Translations under genes and position numbers: made by a program
Notes under the pieces: generated by a model
Told to the model about the DNA's origin: nothing
What the model saw: only the letters and a program-made list of their open reading frames with translations
Database searches by the model: none
Assembly (NCBI GenBank): GCA_963837465.1
Contig: CAWINB010000004.1
Span: forward strand, 650,853-714,852
DNA length: 64,000 nucleotides
Origin: Candidatus Doudnabacteria bacterium
GTDB lineage: Bacteria > Patescibacteriota > Doudnabacteria > UBA920
Reading direction: 5' to 3'
Shown here: piece by piece, positions 47,249 through 57,269 of the stretch
Numbering within the stretch: the stretch's first letter is position 1
Layout of the letters: each line of letters starts with the position of its first letter

Positions 47249-49198
47249 ATGTACGACCCTTTTGACATTAAAACCGGCTCCAGCGCCCCGGGCAAAAAAA
47301 AACCCCTGGACTGGGAAGAGTCGGCCGTGGACACCAACAGCAGCATCAAAGAGCTGCATGATTCCGATCGCCTAACGCCGACTTTGTGGTGGCTGGGTGG
47401 TTTGCTGCTCCTGACTTTTTTTATTTTAGCCTCCAGGATATTTTTTCTTCAGATTGTCCAGGGGAAAAGTTTCCGCCAGCTGTCGGACAGTAACCGCATC
47501 CGCAGCCAGGCTATCCTGGCGCCGCGCGGGTTAATCGCAGACAGAAACGGCCAGCCTTTGGTGCAGAATGTGGCCAGTTTTAATTTAGTAGCGGTACCTT
47601 TTGACTTGCCCAAAGACAGTTCCGTGCTGCAGTCTGAAATTCAGAGTTTGGCCCAAACTTTTTCCCTGAACGCTTCGGATATCAGCCAAAAATTGGCGGA
47701 CGTAAACCGTGACTCCGTGGATCCGGTGGAAATCAAACAGGGTTTAACCGGCGACCAGAGTATCCTGCTTCAAACCCAGAGCGACCAGTTCGCGGGTTTT
47801 GAGGCGCAGCAGGTTCCCATAAGGCAGTATCTGGACCCGCTGGCTTTTTCCGATATTTTGGGATATACCGGCTTAGTCGGTCCCGGGGACTTAACCGCGC
47901 AAAACCAGGATTTATACAATACGGTTGATTTTATCGGCAAAACCGGCGTGGAAGCTTCCTACGAAAAATACCTGCACGGGCAAAACGGGGAAAATATCAT
48001 AGAGGTGGACGCGACCGGAAAATTTTTAAGCGCCCTGGGGCAGCAAAATCCGGTTGCCGGCGACAAGCTGGTCTTAAATATAGACAAAGGTCTGCAGGAC
48101 CGCTTGTATCAGGATTTGGCGTCGGTTAAGTCCCCCAGGGCCGCGGCCGTTGCTTTGGACCCGCGGACCGGAGCCGTGTTGGCTTTAGTCAGCCTGCCGG
48201 GGTTTGACGACAATCTTTTTGCCGCCGGCATAAGCTCGCAGGACTATCAAAAACTTTTAAACGATCCCAACCTGCCTCTTTTTAACCGCGCCATTGCCGG
48301 GCAGTATCCGCCCGGCTCCACTTCCAAACTTATGACGGCCACGGCCGGACTCCAGGAAGGTGTTATCACTCCGGACACGGTGATAGTGGACAATGGTGAT
48401 CTTATAGTACCCAACGAGTTTGGAGGCACCCCCGCCCAGTTCCACGGCTGGAAGCCCGGCGGTCTTGGCCCGATGACCGTGCGCGGCGCCATCGCCTTAA
48501 GCTCGGACATCTTTTTTTACCAGGTGGCAGGCGGTCCGCCCAACGGTTCCTGGCCCGGGTTGGGCCCAAACAGGCTGGCGGAGTATTTCCGGAAGTTCGG
48601 CCTTGGTAAAGCATTGGGCATAGACATCCCTGGAGAAAAAGGCGGTCTTGTGCCGGACCCTGCCTGGAAAATGCAGTATTACAACAACGACCCGCTTTTG
48701 GGCAAATGGTACTTGGGCGACACCTACCACATGGGCATTGGCCAGGGTGATTTGCTGGTCACGCCGCTGCAAGTGGCGGAGTGGACCGCGATTGTGGCCG
48801 ATGGCGGCACGGGATATGTACCCGAGGTGGCGCAGCAGGCCGTAGACCAAAACGGCCAGGTTGTTTGGCAAAACAAACCCAAGGTCCTGGTTTCCAATAT
48901 TGCCTCGCCGGCAGTGTTTAAAATTGTGCAGGAGGGGATGAGGCAAACGGTCACCGCCGGCACGGCCAAGCCTTTAAATTCCCTGCCCATAACATCCGCC
49001 GGGAAAACCGGAACCTCCCAGTTTGACGGTTCCGACCCAAGCGCGACGCATGCCTGGTTTACGGCCTACGCGCCCTATGAGGATCCGCAGATTGTGGTAA
49101 CCGTCCTGGTTGAGGCCGGCGGCGAAGGCAATGCCGTGGCCGAGCCCGTAGTCAAAGACGCCCTCAACTGGTGGGCGGTTAACAGGATGGGGAAATAA
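47249..49198 (+). CDS. mrdA: penicillin-binding protein 2 (transpeptidase)
   Basis: N-terminal TM. SxxK (PGSTSK) and KTG (GKTGTS) motifs. Confidence 0.8.
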   Translation: MYDPFDIKTGSSAPGKKKPLDWEESAVDTNSSIKELHDSDRLTPTLWWLGGLLLLTFFILASRIFFLQIVQGKSFRQLSDSNRIRSQAILAPRGLIADRNGQPLVQNVASFNLVAVPFDLPKDSSVLQSEIQSLAQTFSLNASDISQKLADVNRDSVDPVEIKQGLTGDQSILLQTQSDQFAGFEAQQVPIRQYLDPLAFSDILGYTGLVGPGDLTAQNQDLYNTVDFIGKTGVEASYEKYLHGQNGENIIEVDATGKFLSALGQQNPVAGDKLVLNIDKGLQDRLYQDLASVKSPRAAAVALDPRTGAVLALVSLPGFDDNLFAAGISSQDYQKLLNDPNLPLFNRAIAGQYPPGSTSKLMTATAGLQEGVITPDTVIVDNGDLIVPNEFGGTPAQFHGWKPGGLGPMTVRGAIALSSDIFFYQVAGGPPNGSWPGLGPNRLAEYFRKFGLGKALGIDIPGEKGGLVPDPAWKMQYYNNDPLLGKWYLGDTYHMGIGQGDLLVTPLQVAEWTAIVADGGTGYVPEVAQQAVDQNGQVVWQNKPKVLVSNIASPAVFKIVQEGMRQTVTAGTAKPLNSLPITSAGKTGTSQFDGSDPSATHAWFTAYAPYEDPQIVVTVLVEAGGEGNAVAEPVVKDALNWWAVNRMGK

Positions 49199-49263
49199 CG
49201 ACCCTTTCTTACTTTCTATGGATCCGCGTGGGCGATAGGGCTGATTTTTGATATAATTGCCCT

Positions 49264-49341
49264 ATGAAACTTGTATTGATAGACGGTGGTCCTGCGTCCG
49301 GGAAAAATACTCTCGGGAATTTATTAGAACCTATTTAAAAA
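49264..49341 (+). pseudogene. remnant of a P-loop nucleoside/nucleotide kinase gene (MKLVLIDGGPASGKNTLG then stop)
   Basis: Walker-A-containing N-terminus of only 25 codons. Confidence 0.4.
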
Positions 49342-49580
49342 ATCCTTTATGGCTGAAGTAGCGGAGTTTCGGCATCCTGCCGCAAAAATTTTTTCCTCTT
49401 AACTTATTGACTTTCCGCATTTAAGTTAATATTGATGCTTGTTAAAAATGTCCGATTTTATTAGGTTTTACCACTATAATGATAGCCAGCTTTTTGACAT
49501 TTATTACATTATAATTTACCATATTATCATGAAGACCGTTACAATTTCCAAAAAAGAATACAATGCTTTAGCCATTACAT

Positions 49581-49832
49581 ATGAGAGACCGAGTTAAAAT
49601 CCGAAGTTATTTTGTCGTATTTGAACCCGCGGAGGAGGGTGGTTTTAATGTTACTTTTCCGGATTTTCCGGGATGCGTGACTTTTGGAAAAAATTTTGAA
49701 CAGGCAAAAAAAATGGCTCAGGAAGTTTTGGAATTGTGGATTGAAGAATTAAATGCCAGTAAACAGGTCATTCCAAAAAAAGTCTTCCGGCCTATCATCG
49801 ACCAAATAAGCGTTTCCGTTCCGTTAAAATGA
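49581..49832 (+). CDS. hicB: HicB-family antitoxin
   Basis: YFVVFEPAEEGGFNVTFPDFPGCVTFGKNFEQAKKMAQEVLELWIEEL matches the HicB/UPF0150 pattern. Confidence 0.7.
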   Translation: MRDRVKIRSYFVVFEPAEEGGFNVTFPDFPGCVTFGKNFEQAKKMAQEVLELWIEELNASKQVIPKKVFRPIIDQISVSVPLK

Positions 49833-50040
49833 AGCCCCTGCCTTATAAAAAACTTATTAAAGTTCTTGAGGCCAGGGTTTTGTAATTGCCAGGCAAAAAG
49901 GGAGTCATGTCATTCTAAAAAATATCCGGACCGGCAAAATGGTTCCGGTTCCTTCGCACGGCAGAAACAAACGCATCTACATCGGGACTTTTTTAGCTAT
50001 CTTAAAACAGGCTAATATTGAACCAAGGGATATAAATTAA
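49829..50040 (+). pseudogene. hicA: HicA-family toxin, frameshifted at a G-run (about 49874-49876)
   Basis: ATGA overlap with hicB. MKPLPYKKLIKVLEAR, then after a 1-nt shift GFVIARQKGSHVILKNIRTGKMVPVPSHGRNKRIYIGTFLAILKQANI. Confidence 0.65.
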
Positions 50041-50080
50041 CCCCCCAAAGCATTGTTAGAAGTTATCTTAAAAATAAATT

Positions 50081-50917
50081 TTGATGAAAATTCTAGACGG
50101 CAGGAAAATTGCGGCAGACATTTTGGATGAGGTAAAATTGGAAGTAGGCAAGCTTCCTTTCCAGCCTGTCTTTTGCGATGTCCTGGTCGGCGGGGATCCG
50201 GCTTCGGCCCAGTATGTAAAGATGAAGGGCGGAACGGCCGAAAAAGTCGGAATAAAGTTTAGGACCGCCAATTATCCGGAAAATATTTCTACCAATGATC
50301 TGGTAGCGGAAATACAAAAAATCGGCCGGGAACAAAGTATGCGCGGCTTGATTGTCCAGTTGCCTTTGCCCCCGTCAATAGACAGGCAGGCCGTGCTTGA
50401 CGCCATTGACCCGAAAATAGATGTTGACTGCACCGGCAGCGTCAATACGGATTTATTTTACGCCGGCAAAGCTTACGTGGAATTCCCCACAGCCGCGGCG
50501 GTTATGAAAATTCTGGACAGCGCCGGGATTAATTTGCGGGGTAAGAATATTTTGGTGGTGGGTTTTGGGCAACTGGTCGGACGGCCGGTAAGTTTTTTGC
50601 TGCGGCAAAGGGGGCTTAAGGTTGAAGTGGCGCGCAGCAAAACGGAAAACATAGATGAGTTGATGAAAAACGCGGACGTGATTATTTCCGCGGTGGGCAA
50701 GCCCAAACTGATTACCGGGGATAAAATTAAGCCCGGTTCCGTAATTATTGATGCCGGGACTTCGGAAAGCCAGGGCGGCATTGTAGGCGATGTGGATTTT
50801 GAAAGCGTAAAAGACGCAGCTGATTTTGTCTCGCCGGTGCCCGGAGGCGTAGGTCCGGTTACGGTGGCGAAGCTGCTGTTTAATGTTCTTAAAACCGCAA
50901 AAATTGATTATGCCTGA
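50081..50917 (+). CDS. folD: bifunctional methylenetetrahydrofolate dehydrogenase/cyclohydrolase FolD
   Basis: ILDGRKIA...GLIVQLPLP...VVGFGQLVGRP...ISAVGKP. Confidence 0.9.
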   Translation: MMKILDGRKIAADILDEVKLEVGKLPFQPVFCDVLVGGDPASAQYVKMKGGTAEKVGIKFRTANYPENISTNDLVAEIQKIGREQSMRGLIVQLPLPPSIDRQAVLDAIDPKIDVDCTGSVNTDLFYAGKAYVEFPTAAAVMKILDSAGINLRGKNILVVGFGQLVGRPVSFLLRQRGLKVEVARSKTENIDELMKNADVIISAVGKPKLITGDKIKPGSVIIDAGTSESQGGIVGDVDFESVKDAADFVSPVPGGVGPVTVAKLLFNVLKTAKIDYA

Positions 50918-51845
50918 AACAAAAATCCCCGCAAATAACGCTCGCCCTTATAAAATAACAACCGGATTTTTCAGCGGTTTTGGCCTTGCTTGCCTGGATT
51001 TTACCAACCGGCTGCTGGTACTTTTTAATTTAAAAGACAGTAAGCGGTTTTGGGGCATTGTTTATGACAGCGTAAGCAAGCAACCTCTGGACCCCGTCAT
51101 AGTTAAACTGGTTTATACCGATGGTTACGAAATAGAACAAGCTATTACGGATTTGGGGGGCGGTTACGGTTTTTTGGCCCGCAAGGGCAAATTTAAAATC
51201 TTTCCCCATAAAAGCAACTATACTTTTCCTTCAAACTATGTCCAGGGCGACAGGGACGGTGTATATGAAAATTTATACCACGGCGAATTCTTTGTCGTTG
51301 ATAATGACGATGGGGACGATGAAGTAGTGGCCCCAAATATCCCCATGGACCCGCAAAATTTTGACTGGAACCAGAAGGACAAGCAGCGGGTTTTAAACAC
51401 TTATCCTTATTTGCGTTTATTTTTCAGGCGCCTGCTGGGCGTGCTGTTCTGGTTTGGCTTTATTTTTACTGCCCTGCGTTTTTGGGCTTCTTATCAGGAT
51501 GTAAGCTGGTACATTTATTTTATACTGGGGGTGTATGTTATTCTTGTATTTTTGGCCGGGGTCCTGCCCGAACCACGGTTATTGGGAAAAATTGTCGTCA
51601 GAAATTCCGACCTGAGCGCGGAAAAATTATTTTTACAACTCCATCGGCCCCAGCTTCCGGGCGTAAGGTTTGGGTCAGCCAGAGTAAGCGAAACGGGAAA
51701 ATTTCTGCTCAGGGCCAATAAAGGCAGTTACGCGCTTTCAGTCAGCAGTTTAGGCCCCAATAAGGAGGAAAACCTTTTGGGTTCCGTAAAAGTAAAAATC
51801 GGCTCAACAGGGGTATTTAACGGTTCGGTAATCATAGATATCTAA
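50910..51845 (+). CDS. hypothetical membrane protein
   Basis: Multi-TM protein. Its start overlaps the folD stop. Confidence 0.4.
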   Translation: MPETKIPANNARPYKITTGFFSGFGLACLDFTNRLLVLFNLKDSKRFWGIVYDSVSKQPLDPVIVKLVYTDGYEIEQAITDLGGGYGFLARKGKFKIFPHKSNYTFPSNYVQGDRDGVYENLYHGEFFVVDNDDGDDEVVAPNIPMDPQNFDWNQKDKQRVLNTYPYLRLFFRRLLGVLFWFGFIFTALRFWASYQDVSWYIYFILGVYVILVFLAGVLPEPRLLGKIVVRNSDLSAEKLFLQLHRPQLPGVRFGSARVSETGKFLLRANKGSYALSVSSLGPNKEENLLGSVKVKIGSTGVFNGSVIIDI

Positions 51846-51861
51846 GAACCTATTGACCAAT

Positions 51862-51891
51862 TTGACAGTTTTTTTGTCCCCGTGGTATAAT
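51862..51891 (+). promoter_or_regulatory. sigma70-like promoter TTGACA-18-TATAAT upstream of secE
   Basis: Exact hexamers. Confidence 0.55.
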
Positions 51892-51960
51892 CCTCAACAT
51901 AAAGGCCTGCGGGGCCTTTTAAAAAAGGCTGATTTATTTTAGGGAAACCCATCAAACCAA

Positions 51961-52134
51961 ATGTTCCAATTCCTAACCCAGGTTAAAAATGAGCTTAGTA
52001 AAGTAGTTTGGCCCACAAGGGCTGAAACCATCAGGTATACCTTTACGGTTATTATTTTTAGTTTGGTTGTGGCTGCCATTTTAGGCGCGTTTGATTTTTT
52101 GCTGCTGACTGTGATTGAGAAAGTCCTGACTTAG
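51961..52134 (+). CDS. secE: preprotein translocase subunit SecE (57 aa, below the ORF-track cutoff)
   Basis: MFQFLTQVKNELSKVVWPTRAETIRYTFTVIIFSLVVAAILGAFDFLLLTVIEKVLT. Canonical position upstream of nusG. Confidence 0.7.
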   Translation: MFQFLTQVKNELSKVVWPTRAETIRYTFTVIIFSLVVAAILGAFDFLLLTVIEKVLT

Positions 52135-52302
52135 AACTTATCTTAAAAATACTTAGGGCCGCAATTCCGTAATTTTGGCGGCTTGCCTGGAAAAACATTT
52201 TTGCTTAATTCAGGTTAAACATCAAAGTTTGTTTGGAGCTAATCCGTCCAAAATTCCGAAATTCCACCTACAAATTATTTTTAAGGCCGGTTCTCATTAA
52301 AA

Positions 52303-52839
52303 ATGTTGCCTCCAGGACATATTGCCGCGGGTTTTTTAACAGCCAAAGCTCTTTTGCGCTACAACCACCGTTCTTTGACCATTCACCAGCAATCCATGCT
52401 TTTATTCTGGGGAGCTTTGTTTGGCTTTAGTCCGGACTTGGATACCTTTGTGAGTTTTGCCCGGGAAAAGGCCTTTGTGGTCAAAAATCGGCAAAACAAC
52501 CACCGTAAGTTTGTCAGCCACGCGCCAATATTATGGCTTTTTGCCGGACTGCTGATTTATTTTTTGGCTAAAACCGCTTACGTTAAGGATATTGGTTTGC
52601 TTTTATGGCTTGCCAGCTGGAGCCATTTCATCCTCGACTCCATAGATTACGGTATTATGTGGCTGTGGCCGTTTTCCAAAAAAGTTTACGCCTTGCGCAA
52701 CCGTGAAGTTAACTTTAAAATAGCGGATAAAACCTTTTTGGGTTACTGGTTTGAATTCCTAAAATATTACTCCAAAACCTGGACATTTTATACTGAAATT
52801 TTAATTCTCGCGCTTTCATTAATAATTTATTTTAAGTAA
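52303..52839 (+). CDS. membrane-bound metal-dependent hydrolase-like protein (DUF457/YdjM-like)
   Basis: His-rich TM protein (HIAAGF...SHAP...SWSHFILD). Confidence 0.4.
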   Translation: MLPPGHIAAGFLTAKALLRYNHRSLTIHQQSMLLFWGALFGFSPDLDTFVSFAREKAFVVKNRQNNHRKFVSHAPILWLFAGLLIYFLAKTAYVKDIGLLLWLASWSHFILDSIDYGIMWLWPFSKKVYALRNREVNFKIADKTFLGYWFEFLKYYSKTWTFYTEILILALSLIIYFK

Positions 52840-52958
52840 TTAATATCATACGGATATACGGATTTAAATACTAATTATACGGATAATCCTGATGCTAAAA
52901 ACGTCAGTATTCGTATTATCGGCATCATCCGTATGTATCAGTATATCGGCATCGTACT

Positions 52959-53504
52959 ATGTCACGACAACAAGTTACCGGGCAGCGCCATTGGTATGTT
53001 TTGCACACTTACAGCGGTTATGAAGACAGCGTGGCTTTTAATTTGAAGCAGCGCATAGAAACCATGAACATGCAGGACAGCATTTTTGACGCCATGGTGC
53101 CCAAGGAAAAGAAAATCAAGATTAAAGACGGCAGGCGCGCAACTTTTGAGGAGAAAATTTTTCCCGGATATGTTTTGGTGGATATGGTCGTAACCGACGA
53201 TTCCTGGTACGTGGTCCGCAACACGCCCAACGTTACGGGTTTTGTGGGCAGCGGCACCGTTCCCACGCCAATCAGCGAAGACGAGCTCAGCTTCCTTAAA
53301 AAGCGTATGGGCGCGGATGAGCCCAAATACAAGGTTGAGTTTATCGCCGGCGATTTGGTTAAAATAAACGACGGGCCGTTTAAGGATTACGAAGGCAAAG
53401 TCGGCTCCCTGGACGAAGCCCACGGCAAAGTCAAAGTCATGGTCACTATCTTCGGTCGCGAAACCCCGGTGGAGCTGGACTTTTTGCAGGTTAAGAAAAT
53501 GTAA
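52959..53504 (+). CDS. nusG: transcription antiterminator NusG
   Basis: NGN domain plus KOW (GDLVKINDGPFKDYEGKV). Confidence 0.9.
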   Translation: MSRQQVTGQRHWYVLHTYSGYEDSVAFNLKQRIETMNMQDSIFDAMVPKEKKIKIKDGRRATFEEKIFPGYVLVDMVVTDDSWYVVRNTPNVTGFVGSGTVPTPISEDELSFLKKRMGADEPKYKVEFIAGDLVKINDGPFKDYEGKVGSLDEAHGKVKVMVTIFGRETPVELDFLQVKKM

Positions 53505-53513
53505 ATTTTTTAA

Positions 53514-53789
53514 ATGCTAATAACAAAAAGTAAAATACCTAGGTATGTAAGTGGTTTTATAATAGGAGTTATATTGGCAGTTTTCGGTTTAGGTAAATTA
53601 TATTATTTGCCTCCTCCAGTTGACTTGGACGCAACACCTAATCAGTTCATTATTGGTTTTGGATTACTCTTTATTATTATAATAGGCTGCTTGATAGCAG
53701 TTATTTGCTTAATAATGATAATTATAGAATCGGTTCAAGCTCATAAAAGAGATGTAGATCAGAATAAAACCGGCGATAAAATCATTTAA
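53514..53789 (+). CDS. hypothetical small membrane protein, strongly AT-rich
   Basis: 91 aa with two TM helices. Lies between nusG and rplK. Confidence 0.4.
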   Translation: MLITKSKIPRYVSGFIIGVILAVFGLGKLYYLPPPVDLDATPNQFIIGFGLLFIIIIGCLIAVICLIMIIIESVQAHKRDVDQNKTGDKII

Positions 53790-53856
53790 TTTTTGAAAGG
53801 CATGGTTGGTCACGGATTCGTCCTGTGATCCCGATCGCGCTAAAAAGCCATAAATT

Positions 53857-53937
53857 GTCACCATTCCGAGGAGCGCGTCCGACGAGGAATCCCTTATCCC
53901 TATGTTTAAGGGATTCCTCGGATGCGCTAGGGATGGT
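53857..53937. repeat. copy A of the dispersed palindromic element (CCATTCCGAGGAGCGCGTCCGACGAGGAATCCCT ... AGGGATTCCTCGGATGCGCTAGGGATGG)
   Basis: Self-complementary arms. Same family as copies B, C and D. Confidence 0.7.
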
Positions 53938-53972
53938 ACAATGAGGGCAGCGGTCTACCATCGTAAAAACAT

Positions 53973-54395
53973 ATGGCAAAGAAAGTTAAAGTTTTAATTA
54001 AGCTCCAGCTTCCGGCCGGAAAGGCCACTCCCGCTCCTCCGGTTGGTACGGCGCTTGGTCCCCACGGTGTGAACATCGCGGCTTTTGTTAAGGAATTTAA
54101 CGACAAAACAGCGGGCGGAGACATGCTTATCCCGGTGGACATGACGGTTTACGAGGACAGGTCATTCAGTTTTGTTTTAAAAACTCCTCCGGCCGCCAAC
54201 CTGATAATGAAGGCGATTGGCCTGGCCAAAGGTTCGGCCAACCCTTTAACCACCAAAGTCGGCAAAATCACCTCCAAACAAATTAAGGAAATCGCGGAAA
54301 AAAAGATGGCGGACTTAAACGCCAACGATTTGGCCGCGGCGGAGAAAACCATACGGGGAACGGCACGGAGCATGGGAGTTGAAGTGATAGATTAA
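53973..54395 (+). CDS. rplK: 50S ribosomal protein L11
   Basis: Full consensus. Confidence 0.95.
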   Translation: MAKKVKVLIKLQLPAGKATPAPPVGTALGPHGVNIAAFVKEFNDKTAGGDMLIPVDMTVYEDRSFSFVLKTPPAANLIMKAIGLAKGSANPLTTKVGKITSKQIKEIAEKKMADLNANDLAAAEKTIRGTARSMGVEVID

Positions 54396-54567
54396 TTGAC
54401 CTAATTATACTAATTACCCTAAGTGCCCTAAGAATAACTAATGTCCAATTTCTAATATCCAAGCATCACGAGGTTTTGGGTATTAGACGTTAGATATTGT
54501 TAATTATTTAGAGTACTTGGGTTAATTAGAACAATTAGTATAATTTATAAACTTAATTTTTATTACT

Positions 54568-55326
54568 ATGTCTATACTCTCCATCTTATTCCTCATCCTA
54601 ATCTTCATCATCCTCCCCGGTTTTCGCGTGGTCCAGCAGTACCAAAAAGGCGCGGTGTTTTTGTTCGGTAAAATTACCGGGATTAAGGACCCCGGCTTGA
54701 CTTGGATCGTCCCTTATTTCGCTAACATGCGCAAAGTGGATTTGCGCACCATTACTTTGCCCATCCCTGCCCAGCGCATTATTACCAAAGACAATGTCTC
54801 TTTGGATGTTTCGGCCGTGGCTTACTATAAGGTCGTGGATGTTACCAAAAGTATTGTCGGCATTGAAAACGTCATGTCGGCTATAAACCAGCTTTCTCAA
54901 ACCACTATGCGCAACATTGTCGGCAAGTTCCAATTGGATGAAATTTTATCAGAACGTGACGCCATCAACGGCGAAATCCGCACAACCTTGGACGCTCGGA
55001 CCGAGGAATGGGGAGTTATAGTTTCGGCCGTGGAAATTAAGGATATTGAACTGCCGGAAAATATGCAGCGGGCCATGGCCAAGCAGGCCGAGGCCGAACG
55101 CGAAAAGCGCGCCAAAATAATCGCGGCCGAAGGAGAATTCCTGTCCGCGCAAAAACTGGCGGACGCCGCCGATGTAATCGCGGCGCATCCAATCGCTTTA
55201 CAGTTAAGGAATTTACAGACAATGTCGGAAATTTCCGTGGAAAAAAATTCCACAATAATCTTCCCGGCCCAGTTTATGAGCACTGTTAAGGACATCCAGA
55301 AGTTTATGGAGAGTGAGAGCAAATAG
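54568..55326 (+). CDS. SPFH/band-7 (stomatin/prohibitin-like) membrane protein
   Basis: N-terminal TM. SPFH core plus a C-terminal coiled coil (RAMAKQAEAEREKRAKII). Confidence 0.8.
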   Translation: MSILSILFLILIFIILPGFRVVQQYQKGAVFLFGKITGIKDPGLTWIVPYFANMRKVDLRTITLPIPAQRIITKDNVSLDVSAVAYYKVVDVTKSIVGIENVMSAINQLSQTTMRNIVGKFQLDEILSERDAINGEIRTTLDARTEEWGVIVSAVEIKDIELPENMQRAMAKQAEAEREKRAKIIAAEGEFLSAQKLADAADVIAAHPIALQLRNLQTMSEISVEKNSTIIFPAQFMSTVKDIQKFMESESK

Positions 55327-55439
55327 GCATCCTATAATTTTAACATCATATCAAGCGGCGATGTTAAAATTATAGGACGGTAAAATTAATTGTTTGTGGG
55401 AGATCTTTACGATCGCTTACCACGAAAGGAACCAAGACG

Positions 55440-56120
55440 ATGAAAATTGCCAAGAGAGCTAAAGCCAACAGCGCGCTGGTAGACGCCAATAAAATCTACA
55501 CTCCGGAAGAAGCCATTGAGTTGGCCAAAAAGACGGCCAACACCAAATTTGTTGGCAGTATTGAAGTGCATGTGCATACTTTGGTTGAGGCCAAAAAAAC
55601 CGACCAGGCTGTCCGTGGCACCGTAAGTTTGCCGCACGGAACGGGCAAGAGCAAAAAGGTGGCGGCTTTTGTTACAGAGGGTAAGGAAAAAGAAGCGCGC
55701 GATGCCGGGGCTGTTTTAGTTGGCGGTGAAGATTTAATTAAACAAATTAAGGAAACCGAAAAAACCGACTTTGAAGTGGCCGTGGCCGAACCGGCTTTAA
55801 TGCCCAAGCTGGCACAGATTGCCAAAATTTTGGGTACCCGCGGCCTTATGCCCAACCCCAAAACCGGCACCGTGGGTGTCAACATTGGGGCGATGATTAA
55901 GGAAATTGCCGGCGGCAAAGTCAACTTTAAAAACGACGACAGCGGCAACCTCCACCAAATTATCGGCAAAAGCAGTTTTGAGTCCAAAGCCCTTTTGGAA
56001 AACCTTCGCGCGCTTTACAAAGCCATAACCGAAAGCAAACCCGTTACGGTTAAGGGGCAGTTTATATCCGGCGTCAGCGTAAACTCCACTATGGGACCGG
56101 GGATCAAGGTTAAGATGTAG
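55440..56120 (+). CDS. rplA: 50S ribosomal protein L1
   Basis: Full consensus. Confidence 0.95.
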   Translation: MKIAKRAKANSALVDANKIYTPEEAIELAKKTANTKFVGSIEVHVHTLVEAKKTDQAVRGTVSLPHGTGKSKKVAAFVTEGKEKEARDAGAVLVGGEDLIKQIKETEKTDFEVAVAEPALMPKLAQIAKILGTRGLMPNPKTGTVGVNIGAMIKEIAGGKVNFKNDDSGNLHQIIGKSSFESKALLENLRALYKAITESKPVTVKGQFISGVSVNSTMGPGIKVKM

Positions 56121-56137
56121 TTGTTTTTGATCTTTAG

Positions 56138-56172
56138 AAAAGCGTTCCGCTTAAGGCGGGACGTTTTTTTTG
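56138..56172 (+). terminator. rho-independent terminator CGTTCCGCTTAAGGCGGGACGTTTTTTTT
   Basis: Stem plus T8. Confidence 0.75.
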
Positions 56173-56310
56173 GTAAAATGCTATAATCAACTCAGAGATG
56201 GCGGGATTTTTATCAGCATTTATCCCTAGAGGCTGGCTTTGGCCGCCGCCATCAGAGACACAGGCGGCCAAGGCCAGCCTCCGCACGGACAATCCAGCTT
56301 GTCTTAACCA

Positions 56311-57144
56311 ATGAAACAAAAAACCCTCCTCTACCAACAACTCATTCCCATTCCGCTTACCGTTGTGGTCTTCGCGGGGCTGTCGGCCGCGTTGTTTTTT
56401 CTTATCCGCCTTTTAAACCATTTGCCCGGGCCGCACATGGTTTTGCGACTGCGCTGGACAGATGTCGCGGCCGGGCTGCTGGTTTATTTTAAAACCTCGG
56501 TGGATTTTGCTTTGTTTATCGGCAGGCTGATGCGGTCCAACCAGGGCTGGAAAAAACGCATTGCCATAGAAACCGGCACGGCTTTGGGCAACGCCGTAAG
56601 CACAATGCTTATTCTGTCCCTTTGGGTGATATTTAAACAGCTCCACATTCTGCTGGGGCTGATGACGCTTTTGGCCGCGCTGGTTTTGTTTGAAATGGCC
56701 GCCGAAGGACTAAGCCATTTTGAAGACTGGAACTCGGCCGGAAAATTTAAAAAATCTTTTTATCTGGTTTTGCAGAAATTGCTGAACGCGATTTTAAAAG
56801 TCACCCACCCCGTAACATCGCGCATAATGCCCAATCTTTCCAAAAAATTAAAAGGCGAAGAAACTTTGCCCTGGTTTAGCCTGTTTATATTCGCCCTGTC
56901 CATCCCATTTATTTTAGGTTTGGATGATTTTGCCGGCTACGTCCCGCTATTTTCCTTAGTCAACGTTTTTGGTTTCGCCGTAGGCGTAATGGCCGCGCAT
57001 ATGATTTTAAATCTGGCTTTATTCCTAAAACCCCAAACCACCATAACCTGGGTCCGCAACCAATGGGTCGCCCTGTTGGGTTCTGTGGCTTTTATTGGAT
57101 TGGGGGTGTGGGGAATAATTGAGGCGATTAGGGTTTTGATTTGA
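56311..57144 (+). CDS. hypothetical polytopic membrane protein
   Basis: 277 aa with at least six TM helices. A 5'-UTR hairpin lies at 56228-56281. Confidence 0.4.
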   Translation: MKQKTLLYQQLIPIPLTVVVFAGLSAALFFLIRLLNHLPGPHMVLRLRWTDVAAGLLVYFKTSVDFALFIGRLMRSNQGWKKRIAIETGTALGNAVSTMLILSLWVIFKQLHILLGLMTLLAALVLFEMAAEGLSHFEDWNSAGKFKKSFYLVLQKLLNAILKVTHPVTSRIMPNLSKKLKGEETLPWFSLFIFALSIPFILGLDDFAGYVPLFSLVNVFGFAVGVMAAHMILNLALFLKPQTTITWVRNQWVALLGSVAFIGLGVWGIIEAIRVLI

Positions 57145-57154
57145 GCTTCCGACA

Positions 57155-57269
57155 GCGCGCCCCTCAAGGGCAACCCTCGCGCGGAGGCTTTATATAATTT
57201 AATTATGGCCATATGATTAATTTACTACAAACCTAAACCGGGCGGCGCGAGGGTTGCCCTTGAGGGGCT
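57155..57269. repeat. perfect 24-bp inverted repeat GCCCCTCAAGGGCAACCCTCGCGC separated by 63 nt of AT-rich loop
   Basis: Direct reading. Confidence 0.9.
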
